This document shows, one piece after another, positions 59,258 to 60,388 of a stretch of 60,388 nucleotides of DNA. The translations under genes and the position numbers were made by a program. The notes beneath the pieces are model-generated. The model was not told the origin of the DNA and ran no database searches. It worked only from the letters and a program-made list of their open reading frames with translations. Position 1 is the first letter of the stretch. Every line of letters begins with the position of its first letter. Source of the DNA: Octopus bimaculoides (Eukaryota); contig NC_068989.1 of NCBI RefSeq assembly GCF_001194135.2, positions 9,294,396 to 9,354,783 of the forward strand, written 5' to 3'.

Positions 59258-60388
59258 TGTATGTGTGTGTGTATGTGTTTGTGCACATACACTTTTGAAT
59301 ATATTTGTTGATTGAAGCAATTAAAATTAAACACTCAAGATAAGTTTTGGTGTGATTACACTGGATTTGGGTTGATAAAACAGGAGTAATTACACCAACA
59401 CCAATAAGAGTCACAATAACAACATCAATAATGACATCGATAGCAACATCAAAAGAAAAATACAGAGGAGACACTCTCTAGGAACAGCAAACACCTTTTT
59501 TTATGAAAACAGAAATCTCTTACCTTTATGTTTTTTATGGCTTTATCCGATATTTTAATTAAATATCCTTCCCTCTCTTAAAAAAACCCCTTTTGTTCTG
59601 AAAATATTAAGCAGCATATACCCCTGTTAAGTGAACATAAGCGGCTTAAGACATACAACATAAAACTTACATTCCTTGTCTTGGGGAATAATGTAAGTAA
59701 TATGGCTACATAAGAATTAATCCAGAAATGCATCTATTACAACTTGTTCTAAAAATGCATTGAAGAACATACTTTGAACATTGCAATCTGAACAGCAGTG
59801 AAAATTGGTTAATAATTTGTGAGTCTTCTTCTACTGCGAAACCTCTTTTTGCGACATGTGTTAAAATTTATTCAGTAAAACTTTTTGATTTGAAAACTTT
59901 TTATTATATGGAAACTTTTTTCCGTAAAAATACTTTACAGTAATATGCGACTCTTTTCTTTTCTTTTTTTTTCTTTTTTTACCTTTTTCTGTGTGTGTAA
60001 AACACAACTTATGGAAACATACACAAATATTTCTACTGTAAAACTGTTATATGAAAGTATTTGTAATGTGTAAACGTAATTTCCTATTTTTGCTTTTATA
60101 TATATAGAGGTATATAATAGAACTATTTACCTGATATGTTAAAACATTTAACTTGCTTTATTCAAAGCATTTATATAAAAAAAATTTAACACATTTTCAA
60201 CCATTTCATATAATTTTTACAACATGAACACACACACACACACACGAATGTACATGTGTATGCATATATATACATATATATATACATACATATATTTATA
60301 TACATATATATATATACATATATTTATATACATATATATATATACATACATACATACATACATACATGTATATATATACATATATATA

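Noticed and set aside
2209-59474. Long ORFs in the supplied track rich in YI, CV, HT, poly-N/I or X
   Set aside because: They are translations of (TA)n, (CA)n or (AAT)n microsatellites or read-through of N gaps, not genes.

Overview
AT-rich, microsatellite-saturated eukaryotic DNA from a gapped assembly: 13 N-gaps, most flanked by (TA)n or (CA)n arrays. The repeat content (three tRNA-headed SINE families, Dong/R4, RTE and Penelope-like retroelement relics, Tc1/mariner and Tigger relics, MITEs) points to an octopod cephalopod, probably Octopus; this is an inference from repeat types. No intact protein-coding gene is recognisable. Nearly all ORFs in the supplied track are microsatellite or N-gap artefacts, and the only translations I can recognise are transposon fragments. 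The window looks intronic or intergenic, with a promoter-like segment at about 12.8-14.2 kb. The best leads are non-coding. (1) A ~317-bp foldback at 55179-55495 carries a minimal hammerhead-ribozyme-like motif on each arm, and a second independent motif lies at 30169-30203. (2) A U6 snRNA-derived fragment runs into a gap at 28791-28866. (3) Several repeats show target-site preferences: SINE TSDs start at AATATT, Dong/R4 fragments sit in (AAT)n, and a 71-bp TIR element sits in (TA)n. (4) A 191-bp identical copy of a privately rearranged SINE lies 2.8 kb from its twin. All family names come from motif recognition by eye, not database searches.
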